A stretch of 64,000 nucleotides of DNA from Sphagnum compactum (Eukaryota), in the NCBI GenBank assembly GCA_965153455.1, contig OZ234493.1, positions 13,754,213 through 13,818,212 of the forward strand. The letters are read 5' to 3'. Within the stretch, counting starts at the first letter, position 1; the number at the start of each line of letters is the position of its first letter. Positions 51,160 through 64,000 of the stretch are shown in pieces. The position numbers and the translations under genes were made by a program. The notes below the pieces were generated by a model. The model did not search any database, was not told the origin of the DNA, and saw only the letters and a list, made by a program, of their open reading frames with translations.

Positions 51160-54100
51160 ACGTTCGTTTCGGACTAGAGAGTCCATTAGACGAAAGGTAG
51201 ATCATGGAGGACATATTGTCCTCTAGTACTGGCAGCATGCCACAAACTTGGCCAGGGCGACCGTGTTCATGGTCTGCATGAGCTCAACAACAGTGCAAGT
51301 GTGGGTGAGGGGCAGGGCCGAACAAAAGCGTTCCCTAACTTTCTGTGTGTTTGGACAAACAAGAAGCAAATGTTCTTCATCCTCAACCTTCCCCAAATTG
51401 CGGCCTTGACAAAGCCTCTCTGCGTATGGCACGCCCTTCCACACACCTAGCACTACCTCAAGCTGCGTGTTGCCACACCGAAATTGGGACAGAGCTTTCC
51501 GCAGCTGAACACAGCTGATGTCACACAAGTAGTTTTCGCTCTTGTACAACATATCTTTGAAGCGCAAGTATCTTGTTTGCACGTTGGTCTCGATCTCGCG
51601 GTTGATAAACAGCTTTTCAATGTAAGCCAGCCGCATATTATCCTTCACCTTTTTACACTCAATATTGTGTGGGGAAAACCTGGAGGGGGTGGGGCCCCAG
51701 CCTCCTGGTTGATCGGGCCTCCTGTCGTAGATCTAGCACCAATCGGCTGCATTAGTTGTAGCGCGGTCAACTTAGCCATCTGAACTCCCACCCGTACGTT
51801 GTGTGCGTTGCACCAAAATACTTGGCTCTCCGCCCAGCCTTTCACCCCTGCTAGACAGGTCGTATGTATGTGTGTTGTCCCATGAACCGTTCCCAGTGGC
51901 GGTTGAGCAGTCCTCGCCTGAAGCGCACGAGTCGTTGCAAGCTTAAGCGCCATTTCCAATGATGGTTGAACCGGAGGCAGAAAATCTGCCACCTCCTGGG
52001 GTTGATTCTTGAGTAGCCATTTTTTCACGGATCTAGCCCAGCATTTCTTTCCCGCAGCAAGCATAGCGAGCTGGGCTTCCCATGCCTTTCCCAAGATGCG
52101 GTCTTTAGTGACCGTGCTCACATGGTTATAGTACAACAACGCTTGTCCCCATGCAAAGTGTTCAAAGGGGAATTTGTCAAATTCTGCCAGCATGATGGAC
52201 GTGCTGGTTGTTTTTCGCACCTCGAGCACGGACTTGAGGAACCTTCGATACACTATTTCAATAACCTTTATTTTCTTGGAGTCCACCCAAACCTCACAGG
52301 CATAGCTTGCTGTGGAACGCACCAACGTGTTGAAGAGGTCACAACGTAATTGGACGTCCCTAATACGTAGCTCCGTACAATGGCGGTTTAGTGCGAACAG
52401 TGAGCGCTTACTGGCAGTTGTTAGATGTTCCACTACACTGTCTAGGTTTGAGGTGGTTTCGAGCAGGATCCCCAAGTATTTGAAGGTCTGCACACGTTCA
52501 ATAGTGTCACCTTCAAACACAAACTCTTGGCATGGGTTAGCAGAGTTGAACACCATGACTTTTGTTTTTTTCACGTTCATTGTGAGTCCACGTTCAACAC
52601 ACAACTGCTGGAACGCGTCTAACTGTTGTTGCAGTCCCACCTTTGATTCCGACGTCAGAGTAAGGTCATTTGCAAAAAGCAACAGCCATACGTGCACGTC
52701 TGCTAGGGCCGATGCATCGCATTTTCTGCCATTTAAGCACCCTTCCAAGGCATCCAAATATAGCCCAAACAGTAGGGGGCTGAAAGGGCAACCTCGCTTC
52801 ACACCTTCCTGGCACCTAAAGATGGAGGTGACACCCTTGCTTGGGTGGTTCATGCGTACGGTATCCTTGGCATACATCGCCTGCAGGCATCGCAAGAAAC
52901 GTCCCTCCACCCTGAGGCCAGCCAACACCTCCCACAGCACTTCACATGGCACAATATCAAACGCCTTTTTGAAGTCCACAAAGCAACAATAGAGTGGCTT
53001 CTTTTTTGCCTTGCTCTATTCTATTAGAGTTTGCAGCATGAAGAGTTGGTCTGTAGTGGGGTAATTTTGCGAAACCCAGCTTGACCTTTGGCACGCAGCC
53101 CATGTTGTTCAGCCCGCTCGCTTAGCCTTTTGTCAAGGATCATAGCGAACAATTTTGCTAGGATAGGCCCAATAGTTATCCCCCTGTAGTTGTCAAATTT
53201 GGAGGCATCGGCCCCTTTAAAGAGCATGTGGACCACCCAAGTGGAAAGGGCTTTTGGAAAGTTTTCTGCTAGAAAGCAGTTAAACGACGTTAATAGTGGC
53301 ATGTGTAGCAGCTCTCCCGCATCCAAAATGAATTCAGCTTTCATATCGTTATATGGATGGCGGAGACTAGCAAACTAGCATGCGGAAGCCTTCCAAAAGC
53401 ATGGCTACATTGATTTTGTCCACAACGGGTACTTTTTCTAGATTGAGAGTGCATCCACCTTGGTAAGCGTACACATATGTTGAGCTCTTGTAGTTTTCAA
53501 GAAAATTCTTTTCCTTTGTAATAACTTTTTAAGTTTACTTTCCTGATGTTTAGCGACGTGCGAATCGGGGTTGGCTTTCAGCCAGAACCTCAGCTCATGT
53601 TTCGCTATACGGCAGTCAGCGTCAAACCATGGTTTATGGCAGTGTCTCTCTCTGCAGTTTCCTCCCAAAGGCTTGTTGCCAAAAGTAGACTTTGCTGCAG
53701 CACCCATGCAATGCTGCAGTAGGTTAGCTAACCCGTCTGCCCCCAGATGCCCAATTGAGTCAACAACCCAGAGGTTTCCAAGATTCGCTATTAGGGCAAG
53801 TTGATACTCTTCAGCTTTCAATTTATCATATTTGAACCTAGGTAAAAAAAAATTTGTTACAATTGTATGTTATGGCTCAACAAAGCTACAATCGATGTTC
53901 GACCGTAGGCATAACGGCCTGTGTTCAAAGTCTCCCCTCATTGCGCAGTAGCGGGTGTCATCTCCTATCACCTTGAGGTGTCTAGCAACTTGCCAAATTG
54001 TAGGTGAGCCAACAATATAATCGACAATGCTACGCCCCCCATTTGCAAGCAAGTGAACTCCCCTTATTCGTCACCAGGTGTCCAGCCATTGAGGATGAGC

Positions 54101-54760
54101 AACCCAACGTCACAACATAGGTCTAGGAGCTCGCGGCCCCAACCGCCAACACTGGCGTCGCGGTTCTGTCGCTTAGCCACAACGCTTGGTTGCTCAGTCT
54201 CAGCGAACTCAAGCGCTTGTAACAATTCACAAAGGTCGCTAGTGTTAATGGTATCTGGTAACACTGTAGTACTTGCATTAAAATCCCCTCCCAATAGTAC
54301 TATGCCCCCTAGAATTTGAACTTCAGCAATATTTGTTGCCAAGTTTTGGAACAAGGATTCACTCTCGTGTTTGGAGCCAATAGGGGCAGCACCCCTGCTG
54401 ACTCGTAGCCATAGATAAGAATCGTGGCTTCCTTCCTTCCACTGTGACAGGTTTGGGCTGAGGTGGTTGCGAAAGTAAGCAACAACCCCCCCGCTATGTT
54501 TTATTGCTTTTGTTTTTCCCGGCTGCACAGTGCAAGCTACTACCCTTCAATGTGTGGCAAATGTTGGCTTGGGAAGTGTCAGGTTTTGATTAATACGACA
54601 AGGCAAGCATCCTGAAATACATCTGGTATTTGCACCCTCGTTTCCAGTTTATTTACACCACCCCCGTGCATGTTTCATAATACCATGCATAGATCTCTCT
54701 GGTCTCCGTGCCCCTAGATAGAGGAGGGCGGGCAAATCCGAGTGCCGTTAATGAAGAGCT
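51160..54760 (-). mobile_element. LINE (non-LTR) ORF2 pseudogene: APE endonuclease + RT + C-terminal Cys/His motif
   Basis: SGGVVAY, GGDFNA, SIVDY (endonuclease); NYRGITI, QAGFRK, DFKKAFD, GVKRGCPFSP, LLFANDL, FKYLG (RT); VEDEEHLLLVCP. Multiple frameshifts and higher GC than the flanks. Confidence 0.92.
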
Positions 54761-55255
54761 TGACTGGCAAGTTGTTGTATGTTCATGTGTAGGCATATTT
54801 GTATGCATATTTTGATTTTGTTACTATAACCCCTTGCATATTTGTGTGTATATTTTCTTTACTAATGCTATAGCCCTTGTGTATATACTTGTGTGTGTTT
54901 ATTGGCAAGGAAGGATATTGTGTTTAGATTCATTATAGAGTATAATAACTTAAAGGGATTTTGGCCCCTAGGTAGTAGATCTCTTTTTATATGAGGATTT
55001 TTGAAACATGATATTTTGGCTTGCGTTGAAACTTGAGATTAGTTATAGAGTTAATATGATATCTTGAAGGATTTTGGTTTCTTTCAGAGGATTTTTTTGA
55101 AGATTATATTTTTGCATGGTGAAATATTTGAATTTCCATAATCCTTCTATAGCATTAAGGTACTTTCTAATATAAATGGCAAGGCCACAAGTGACACACC
55201 CCTGGTTCTCTATACCAATGCTGCAGCCTCCACCCTCAAGTATATTTCTATACTA

Positions 55256-55620
55256 AAAACATCTTCACCGGTGCTTGGTACGTAACTCTCGATAATAAAA
55301 TTAAATGTCTAAGTTTAGCTGGTTTTTTTGGCAACCCACCCAATAAAACTGTAACTGGAACTGCATATACGTGGGATAGCAAACCACCTGGACCAATCAT
55401 TATGATCGACCAATCAGAAATACTGAGTCGCAGTTAGGTCCAATTTATTACACTGTTTTTTGGAGGTGCACAACTGTGTTGCGCCCTTTACCAGCCACGG
55501 CAAGCTGCACAAATTTGGTGCAGAAAAACCAATTTCCTGAGCTAAACCGGCACATTTTCACTTTTTCACAATAAATTATACTGTCTGGAGTCACATACGG
55601 AGCACCTGTGGAGATGCTCT
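55256..55620. mobile_element. About 365-bp MITE with about 30-bp imperfect TIRs
   Basis: catcttcaccggtgcttggtacgtaactc at the left end vs gagcatctccacaggtgctccgtatgtgactc (reverse complement of the right end). Confidence 0.7.
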
Positions 55621-55908
55621 AGTACTGTCACCCTTGTCTGAAAGGGATAACATTGGGACACTCACCACTAGTAGTGATTCATTCATCTCATGGTAAGCTT
55701 TTGACTCATCATGGATTGAGAAATATCTGAAAATTTTATGAATTATTTCTTCACTGTTGTTGTTGTTGTTAGGTTTTTTTTTTTTTTCATTTTTGTAAGG
55801 TAGGTGGACTGGTGGATCATACACAAGAAGACTTGGCCAAATTTGGCTATTTGTCAGACAGAAAAGTAGATTTTTTTTTGGGAGACAATGCTATATACTG
55901 ATGACATG

Positions 55909-56118
55909 CAACAACCTATGTTCTAGTTATGGCGATTTCAATTTTCTCTAAAAATATCACGACTTTTCACCCCAAAAAAACCCTTGTTTGATGCTAGTCC
56001 AATTTGGTTTCAACAACCTATGTTCTAATTATGGCGATTCCAATTTTTTTTCCTAAAAATATTGCAACTTTTCACCCAAAAAAACCCTTGTTGTTTTATG
56101 CTACTCCAATTTGGTTTC
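55909..56118. repeat. Two-copy tandem duplication (about 102 bp)
   Basis: caacaacctatgttcta(g/a)ttatggcgatt..aaaaaacccttgtt..tccaatttggttt occurs twice. Confidence 0.85.
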
Positions 56119-57544
56119 CCACCAAAGTGGATGTTGTTTCCTAAGTCTCCCATTCAGGCTGGGAATTTATGATTATTTCCTACCTTGGGAAGAGGATGTT
56201 TGTGTGCCAGTAAATCCCATTAAGGTTGGGAATTGTATGGTCTTTTGTTATTCATAAGTGGAGAATATTGTGTGCATGAGTCCAAATTGGAAGTTTTATT
56301 ATGTTATCTTCTATCTAGCCTAGTGAGATGTCATGTGTGCTGGTGGGTAAGGGTTTCATGTTTTGAACTTTTGAGTGCTAACTTTGTGAGTGCTAACTCT
56401 GTTTTCGATTGTGATGTACCACTACCACGTTTGAAATCAAAACACACACATACGTGTACAGTTTTGGTCAAATAAGCCGAATCAAATCTGCTACCTACAC
56501 ACACTTTTGGTTTTGAAGGAGAGGTGTCGAATTGTTTGATGAAATGTGTCCATTTGTGTGTGATAAGGCACTCCTGTGCCCTCAATGGGTTGGTTCCAAT
56601 AGCTTATTGTCAATCTCTCTTCTGAACTGTGTACTAGTTTCTGCACCATGTGGATTGGATACCTGTGTGCTGTGTTTTAGAAAGGAGTTTTTTTAAGTGC
56701 AGCCTAAAGTGGTGATTGTGCATGGGAAGAAGATGTACAAAAAGTGACAATCATCATCCCTGGGAAGATGTAGCCAAATCTGGCCATTAAACATATACAA
56801 AGCACCAATTTTTAATCATTGTTGTGTATTTTTTTCCTGGCTACTTACTAGAATTGAATATAACAATTCTGGCGATGTTTCCTATTTTTCTCTGACTTCT
56901 GGCAATTGAACCCCGCCCAAAAAATCATTTATTTTTTGATTTTTTCATCTTTAACCTGGTTCCGACTTTTTCCTGTAAAATATAAAAGCACAACCTTTGA
57001 GGAGGGTATTGTCCAGGGTTTTTTTTTCCCAATTTTGTTATGTAGGTGGACTGGATCATCCATAAGAGGAATTTGGCTAGAGGTCAGACAGTTCAGTAAA
57101 TTTTTGTAAGATTACTGCCTAGTTCTCGTAGCCAGTAGAAACTCATTGTCTAAATATGTCGACATGTGACTTTTTTTCCTCACATTATGGCGATTCTTGC
57201 CAAAAAATTCCCAAGTAAATGCCCTTGAACAATTTTCACTGATTTTATTTATTTTTGGGTCATCACAAGTGTGCAAATTTTCCAAAAAATAATAATGGCA
57301 CTGTCATACCATTCTGCAGTATTTTAGGATTATTCCTTAGAGACAAATAGCCGGGGCTACTGTGTCCACAATCAGAACGTGTGGTTCTGCCCTGTTGCTT
57401 TACCCGCTCTTTCGCCTCTTCTTTTTGCTGCACCAGTAGTCTGCCGGCCCTGCCTTGCGGCGTCGGAGCTGAAGGTGGCTTTTGCATTTCCTACCGATTG
57501 TTCAGCAACATCTCCCATCCTTCTCTTTCTGCTGGTGCATCAAG

Positions 57545-58265
57545 GTCAGATCGGGCGACCGCCTTGCAAGCTGACGAAGAGGCGAACCACGACCACTACC
57601 CGCCACTGTCTGATGTTTGCGCTCTCGTACTGCATCGATCCAGCTAGCACAGTGCACTGCATCTTCTTTTGCTGCATCGAGATCTGGCGCCCGACCTACA
57701 AGCTGACGAAGAGATGAAGCGCAAGCGCGACCCCAACGCCTTCTGGTGTGTGCGCTACCAAGCTATACCGATGCAGTAGGCTGCATCTTTTTTCTCATCG
57801 AGATTTTTCCGCCCCCCTGCAAGTTGACGAGTAGACTAACCATGACGGCAGACCCCCTCGCCTTCTGGTGTCTATACTACCGAGCTAGACGGATCCAGCT
57901 ACGTTGCACCTTCTTTTTCCGCATCGAGATCAGTTCCGTCCCGTAAGCTGACAAAGAGACGAACCACGACCGCAGAACTCACCGCCTTCAGGTGTGCGCT
58001 ACCAAGCTACTCCGATCCGGCGAGGTTGCACCTTCCTCTTCCGCGTCGAGATCGGGCGGCCGCCCCTGCAAACTGACGAAGAGATGAACCACGGCCGCAG
58101 ATCCCATCGCCTTCTGGTGTGTGCGCTACCAATCTAGGCTACACCTGGTTTTTCCGCATCGAGATTGGGCGCCCGCCCCTGCAAGCAGATGAAGACAAGA
58201 ACCAGGACCGCAGACCGCACCGCCTTCTGGTGTGCGCGCTACCAAGCTACAACGATCCAGCCCGC
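57545..58265. repeat. GC/CpG-rich tandem array, 6 units of 113-132 bp, just upstream of NLR gene 2
   Basis: Units start near 57566, 57698, 57819, 57943, 58068, 58181 with caagctgacgaagag..cgccttctggtgt..ctaccaagcta..catcgagat. Confidence 0.9.
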
Positions 58266-58676
58266 ACACCGCGCTGCACCTGACGGACCCCAGACCGCAC
58301 CACGTTTTTCGCCCGCGCATATACTTAGTGAAGGAAGGCGCAGCCTGTGGGCGACGTGCCATCTCTCATCAGTTCCTAATTCTACCTTACGAATCTAATC
58401 TCTGCTGCACAGAGTTGTGCAGCAGTTTCACAACGCGTAATCAGGCCAACTCTTCTGCAATCTCGTAAATCGTACTCATACCCACGAGTGATGGGGATTT
58501 CTTTCCGCCAGATCGTTTTGGTGCATCGATTCTTGAGCAAAACAACATTCCCATCAACAATCCTAACCGTTGCATCGACACTCCTAATCGTTTTTTGCAT
58601 CCACACTTTTTTGTTCCGAAAGTGGCGAGGGCAATCAATTGTTTGTGAGGGTAAAATTGGGGTTTTCGATGTGCAG

Positions 58677-61600
58677 ATGTGTCCCGTGACACAAGTATGG
58701 CCACCCGACGACTACAAGGGTCCCATTCATTTTGACGTCGTGTTCTTCCACGGCTTCCAATTCGGGCAGGATGCACACAACATGTGGAAAACCACATGGT
58801 CGACACGAAATCGCCCAGAAACATGTTGGCCCCAAGAATGGTTGGGACCACAATTGGGCAACAATGTCAGAATCTTGCTCCTCTCCTACGATGCATATGC
58901 CACCAAATCCAAGTCGCATGAATTTGGAAATACTGAAGATGTTTCACATATTGCAAAGAATTTGGTGCAAAGCGTGGTGACCAGGTTTGATTAAGAACCT
59001 ATATTTGTCTGCTGCAATATTTCCAACTATTTTTTATAACGATTGCGTGGATTTAGGATTTAACACACACAAATTAGTTATATTCTAAAATTACAAACTA
59101 GGTATTAGAAATATGGGTGCTTCAAATATGTTGTAATTTCTTGAAGCATGCCTTTGTGGAAGACAAAGGGTCGAGGAGTTTAGATCCAAACTGTAAATTC
59201 CATTGTAGATTGTTCTTTTTAATGTGTTTATGTGCAAGCTACAAGTGTTGTGGACTTGAACATACAAGAGGCATGTACTTGAACTTGTGGGATGTACCAA
59301 ATTTGCAGTGAGCATAGATCTTAGCATATTGATTGTTGAAAGAATGCCACACCTGGCTATTATGTGATTATTTAATTTTGTGCTTGTTTGATCTTGATCT
59401 ACAGTTCCAAGTGGAAGTTGGGCCAAGAACACCCCTTTGTGCTTGTAGGGCACAGCTTTGGTGGTATTGTCATTGAGAGCTTGGTCACTGAGATTCATAA
59501 GATATCTCAACAACAACATTGTGACAATCTAGAGAAAATGGGTGTTCAAAAGGCAAATGTTTTTTTAAAAAATATGGCAGGGGTGGCCTTTTATGCTGTA
59601 CCACATGTTGGGTCAAGGCAGTTAATTGAATATATTTGTAGACAATGTGAAATCAATTTGCACTCCAAGCACTTGGCCAAAGTCAAAGCAATCATCTTGG
59701 AAAATATTGATTCCTCCATATCCAAGGCAGCAGATTTATCAAATGATTTCTTTAATACACTTGCAAGTTGCACAAACGCTTATGGTGTTTATGTTTTCAT
59801 CGAAACCAGACCTATTGATGATAATGTGGTAAGTAATGAGCATTGTCAATTGTGCAATGGATGATGGTTAGCATTCAAACACTATTGTATAGAAACTTAA
59901 TAGGATTGGAATATATTTGGTTTTGCAGGGTATGATTGTGGAATATGGACCAGCCCAAATTCCAGGACACAAATGTTATAGAGTTGAAGGTTGTGATCAT
60001 TTCAGCGTTTGCAAGCCACCTGATCAAAACCATCCAAGTTATAATATGCTTTTGCAATTTTTGGAGGGGTGTCGAAAGGTAATAACTGTTGGCCAACTTA
60101 CAATTACTGGAGATTAATATTATTCAGAATTGAATATGTTGATTTGCCAATGTCCATGTTGATTAGCAATTTGTCAAATTGATTAATGTTTATGCTTTCA
60201 ATGTTCTAGCATAGAAGAAGTTGCAAAGTTCATGTAGCATGTTGGAATGCACCAAATGGATAAGGCAAATTAACAATTTCAAATGAGACCAACCCAAATT
60301 GAAAGATCTTTTGCAATGTGCATATTTTTCATCAAAGCACATTGTACATATACTGAACTTAAGGAATCTTAAACCTTTTCACCCAAAGGCCAACCTTGGG
60401 GCAACCTTCATATATTTATATTTCTAGACTCCTCTTGGGGTTTCATGGATCTCACTTATTGTTTTTGTCAATGAAAGTTGATTGTAGTTATAAAAAATTC
60501 AGAGCTTAGAAAAGATAGATTGTAGCTTGTAGTATTAATGGGCAAAGTTATGGCAATGAAAAGTTTATGCTTTTCTTTTGTATTTATCAAAATACAAGTT
60601 ATGGGTTGCAAGGATTAAATGAGTTTGTGTTGACGTAGGATTTTTTATTGAAGCATGCAAGCCTACCGAAATTGCCAAAACTTGTGATTGGGCTCGATGA
60701 AGCTATTGCCAATGTTAAGGGGAAAATTGTGGACAACCATATGCTAGCGGTGGTTGGAATGGGTGGGATTGGGAAGACAACTTTGGTGAAGAAACTTTAC
60801 CATCAAATACATGCTGATTTTAAGAAATCAAGTTTCTTGGAAAATGTCAAAGAAAATGACATTGTGAAAGTTAAAAAGAAAATCATCATGGATTTACGTG
60901 GCTTGAAATTAAAGGATCCTGAAAATTTTCTTAGATATTTTGAAGAATGTTGGACAGAAATGAAAGTACTTGTGGTCATTGATGATGTTAAAGAGACTCA
61001 AATAATTGAGCTATTTGGCGAAGACATAGTTAGCATCAAAAGAAGTGAAAATGGCAGTAGAGTAGTTATGACAGGACGAAATTGGAAAGATTTTGAAAAT
61101 GTTACACCTAAAGGTGGAAAGTTTGAAATGGATGGACTCAATGAAAACCAAGCAATGAAGCTTTTTTCTTGGAAAGCTTTTAGACAGTCAACACCTCCCC
61201 ATGATTTTGCATCCATAACAAGTGAGGTGGTTGATGCATGTCAAGGGCTACCATTATCCCTTGAGGTCACGGGTTCTTGGCTCTCTACCAAAAGAAATCT
61301 ACAAGAATGGAAAGAAGGTTTATCACGGTTGAAAAATGTAAAACCTTTTGGTGGGGATCGTATTGAAAATGATAAGCTTTGGGGGCGACTAAGGATTTGT
61401 TATTTTGACCTAGCCTATGAAGAACAAGAAATGTTTTTAGATATTGCTTGTTTTTTTTCAGAATACAACTCAAAATTTGAAACGGGGGTCACAATTCAAA
61501 AAGCATTACAAATATGGAAGGTCTCGTCGCAATATTCATCGATGAGTAGTTTGCAAAATTTGAAGGATAGATCACTTGTCAAGGTGAATGACAAAGGTAA

Positions 61601-63771
61601 TTTGGTGATGCATGATCAATTACGTGATATGGGTCGACAAATTGTAAAAGAAGTTTCTAGTAATGAACGCGGTAATCAAAGTAGGATTTGGGACGAGGAC
61701 GAAGCAAGAATGGTCCTTCTCAATGAGACGGTAATTCCTTCATCTTTAAATGTTCATCAAACTTTTAATTGTACACATTGGTGATTCAATCAACATTGTG
61801 TGAACTGTTGGATGTACATATGAAAATCTAACTCAATTCATGGTACTACATATAAATTAATGATGCACTCTCTAAACTAATCTGGTATGGTGCTTTGTTG
61901 GTTTTTAGGTCACTTCAAATATTCAAACCATTTGGTTGCCCGAAAATCTAGAACTTCCACAACAAGTAGCAGCATCAAAATTTCACCAAATGAGAAAATT
62001 GCGAATGCTCATCATGGAAGGAGCTAATGAAACATTCATACAATCTTGTCTCGGACAACATTTCAACCAATTGAAATGGCTCGTCATAAGTTCTGACATG
62101 ACACAACTTCCTGAATCAATGCAACACCTTGTTGGTTTAACTGTTTTGCAATTGCAAACTTGTGAAAACCTATTATACATACCAAAATTTCTCATAAACA
62201 TGACTTTGTTAATGCATTTAGACTTTGACGACTGTTCCAAACTGACTTCACTACCAACAACAATTGGTGACTTGAAGCATTTGACCAAACTAAATTTGGG
62301 AGGATGTTGGAATCTTAAGGAGGTTCCTCAAACCATTGGAAACAACTCTTCATTATCAATATTGGACTTATCTTATTGCCAATCCATTCAATCACTACCA
62401 ACAACAATTGGTGACTTGAAGCATTTGACCGAACTAAAGTTGGGAGGATGTGAAAATCTTAAAGAGGTTCCTCAAACCATTGGAAACATCTCCTCATTAT
62501 CAATATTGAACTTATCTTATTGCCAATCCATTGAATCACTACCAACAACAATTGCTGACTTGAAGCATTTGACCAAATTACTATTGAGAGAATGTGAAAA
62601 TCTTAAGGAGGTTCCTCAAACCATTGGAAACATCTCCTCATTATCAATATTGGACTTATCTTATTGCAAGTCCATTGAATCATTACCAACAACAATTGGT
62701 GACTTGAAGCATTTGACCAGATTATGGTTGGAAAGATGTGAAAATCTTAAGGAGGTTCCTCAAACCATTGGAAACATCTCCTCATTATCAATATTGAACT
62801 TATCTTCTTGCAAGTCCATTGAATCACTACCAACAACAATTGGTGACTTGAAGCATTTGACCAAACTAAAGTTGGAAGGATGTGAAAATCTTAAGGAGGT
62901 TCCTCAAACCATTGGAAACATGTCCTCATTATCAATATTGAACTTATCTTATTGCCAATCCATTGAATCACTACCAACAACAATTGGTGACTTGAAGCAT
63001 TTGACCAAACTAAAGTTGGGAGGATGTTGGAATCTTAAGGAGGTTCCTCAAACCATTGGAAACATCTCTTCATTATCAATATTGAACTTATCTTATTGCA
63101 AGTCCATTGAATCACTACCAACAACAATTGGTGACTTGAAGCATTTGACCACATTACTATTGGGAGGATGTGAAAATCTTAAGGAGGTTCCTCAAACCAT
63201 TGGAAACAACTCTTCATTATCAATATTGGATTTATCTTATTGCCAATCCATTGAATCACTACCAACAACAATTGGTGACTTGAAGCATTTGACCGAACTA
63301 AAGTTGGGAAGATGTGAAAATCTTAAGGAGGTTCCTCAAACCATTGGAAACATCTCCTCATTATCAATATTGGACTTATCTTATTGCAAGTCCATTGAAT
63401 CACTACCAACAACAATTGGTGACTTGAAGCATTTGACCACATTATGGTTGGAAAGATGTGAAAATCTTAAGGAGGTTCCTCAAACCATTGGAAACATCTC
63501 TTCATTATCAATATTGAACTTATCTTATTGCAAGTCCATTGAATCACTACCAACAACAATTGGTGACTTGAAGCATTTGACCGAACTAAAGTTGGAAAGA
63601 TGTGAAAATCTTAAGGAGGTTCCTCAAACCATTGGAAACATCTCTTCATTATCAATATTGGACTTATCTTATTGCAAATCCATTGAATCACTACCAACAA
63701 CAATTGGTGACTTGAAGCATTTGACCGAACTAAAGTTGGGAAGATGTGAAAATCTTAAGGAGGTTCCTTAA
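58677..63771 (+). CDS. Alpha/beta-hydrolase-NB-ARC-LRR immune receptor (HNL-type NLR), gene 2 (about 1278 aa; start could extend to 58491)
   Basis: In-frame exons 58677-58984, 59405-59828, 59929-60078, 60639-61730, 61909-63771. Hydrolase DVVFFHG, CWPQEWL, GHSFGG, DHFSVCKP. NB-ARC GMGGIGKTT, VLVVIDDV, GLPL, MHD. About 21 regular LRRs. Confidence 0.93.
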
Positions 63772-64000
63772 ACCATTGGAAACATCTCTTCATTATCAAT
63801 AGTGGACTTATCTTATTGCAAGTCCATTGAATCACTACCAACAATAATTGGTGACTTGAAGCATTTGACCACATTATGGTTGGAAAGATGTGAAAATCTT
63901 AAGGAGGTTCCTCAAACCATTGGAAACATCTTTTCATTATCAATATTGGAGTTATCTTATTGCGATTCCATTGAATCACTACCAACAACAATTGGTGACT
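62245..64000 (+). repeat. Tandem 144-bp (two alternating 24-aa LRRs) array, continuing past the stop to the window edge
   Basis: SLPTTIGDLKHLT-x-L-x-L-xx-CENLKEVPQTIGNISSLSIL(N/D)LSYC units; CAA to TAA at 63769-63771, then further units. Confidence 0.95.

Noticed and set aside
57263-58468. Short ORFs over the GC-rich array upstream of gene 2
   Set aside because: Unit lengths shift frame from copy to copy; such ORFs are expected by chance in GC-rich DNA.

Overview
AT-rich, intron-containing eukaryotic DNA from a land plant. The alpha/beta-hydrolase NLRs and the repeat landscape suggest a bryophyte such as a moss (inference). The window is bracketed by two paralogous + strand hydrolase-NB-ARC-LRR (HNL-type) immune receptor genes (892-5686 and 58677-63771). 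They have a SERAC1-like hydrolase N-terminus, equivalent intron positions and highly homogenised LRR arrays that run on past an in-array stop codon. Between them lie: a decayed CACTA transposon split by a solo-LTR-like insertion; Gypsy and Copia remnants; an intact multi-exon orphan zinc-finger gene; a Penelope-like retroelement with an N-terminal GIY-YIG domain (Naiad/Chlamys-like) in its putative intron; a 356-bp TSD-flanked insertion sharing a structured RNA motif with that element; a spliced Gag-like + RNase H gene that the ORF track shows only as unconnected fragments; an intron-retaining prolyl oligopeptidase 3' fragment; RPS30; a PIF/Harbinger remnant with MITEs; a LINE; and several tandem arrays. 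Exon boundaries were read by eye from GT/AG sites and frame continuity. No searches were run.
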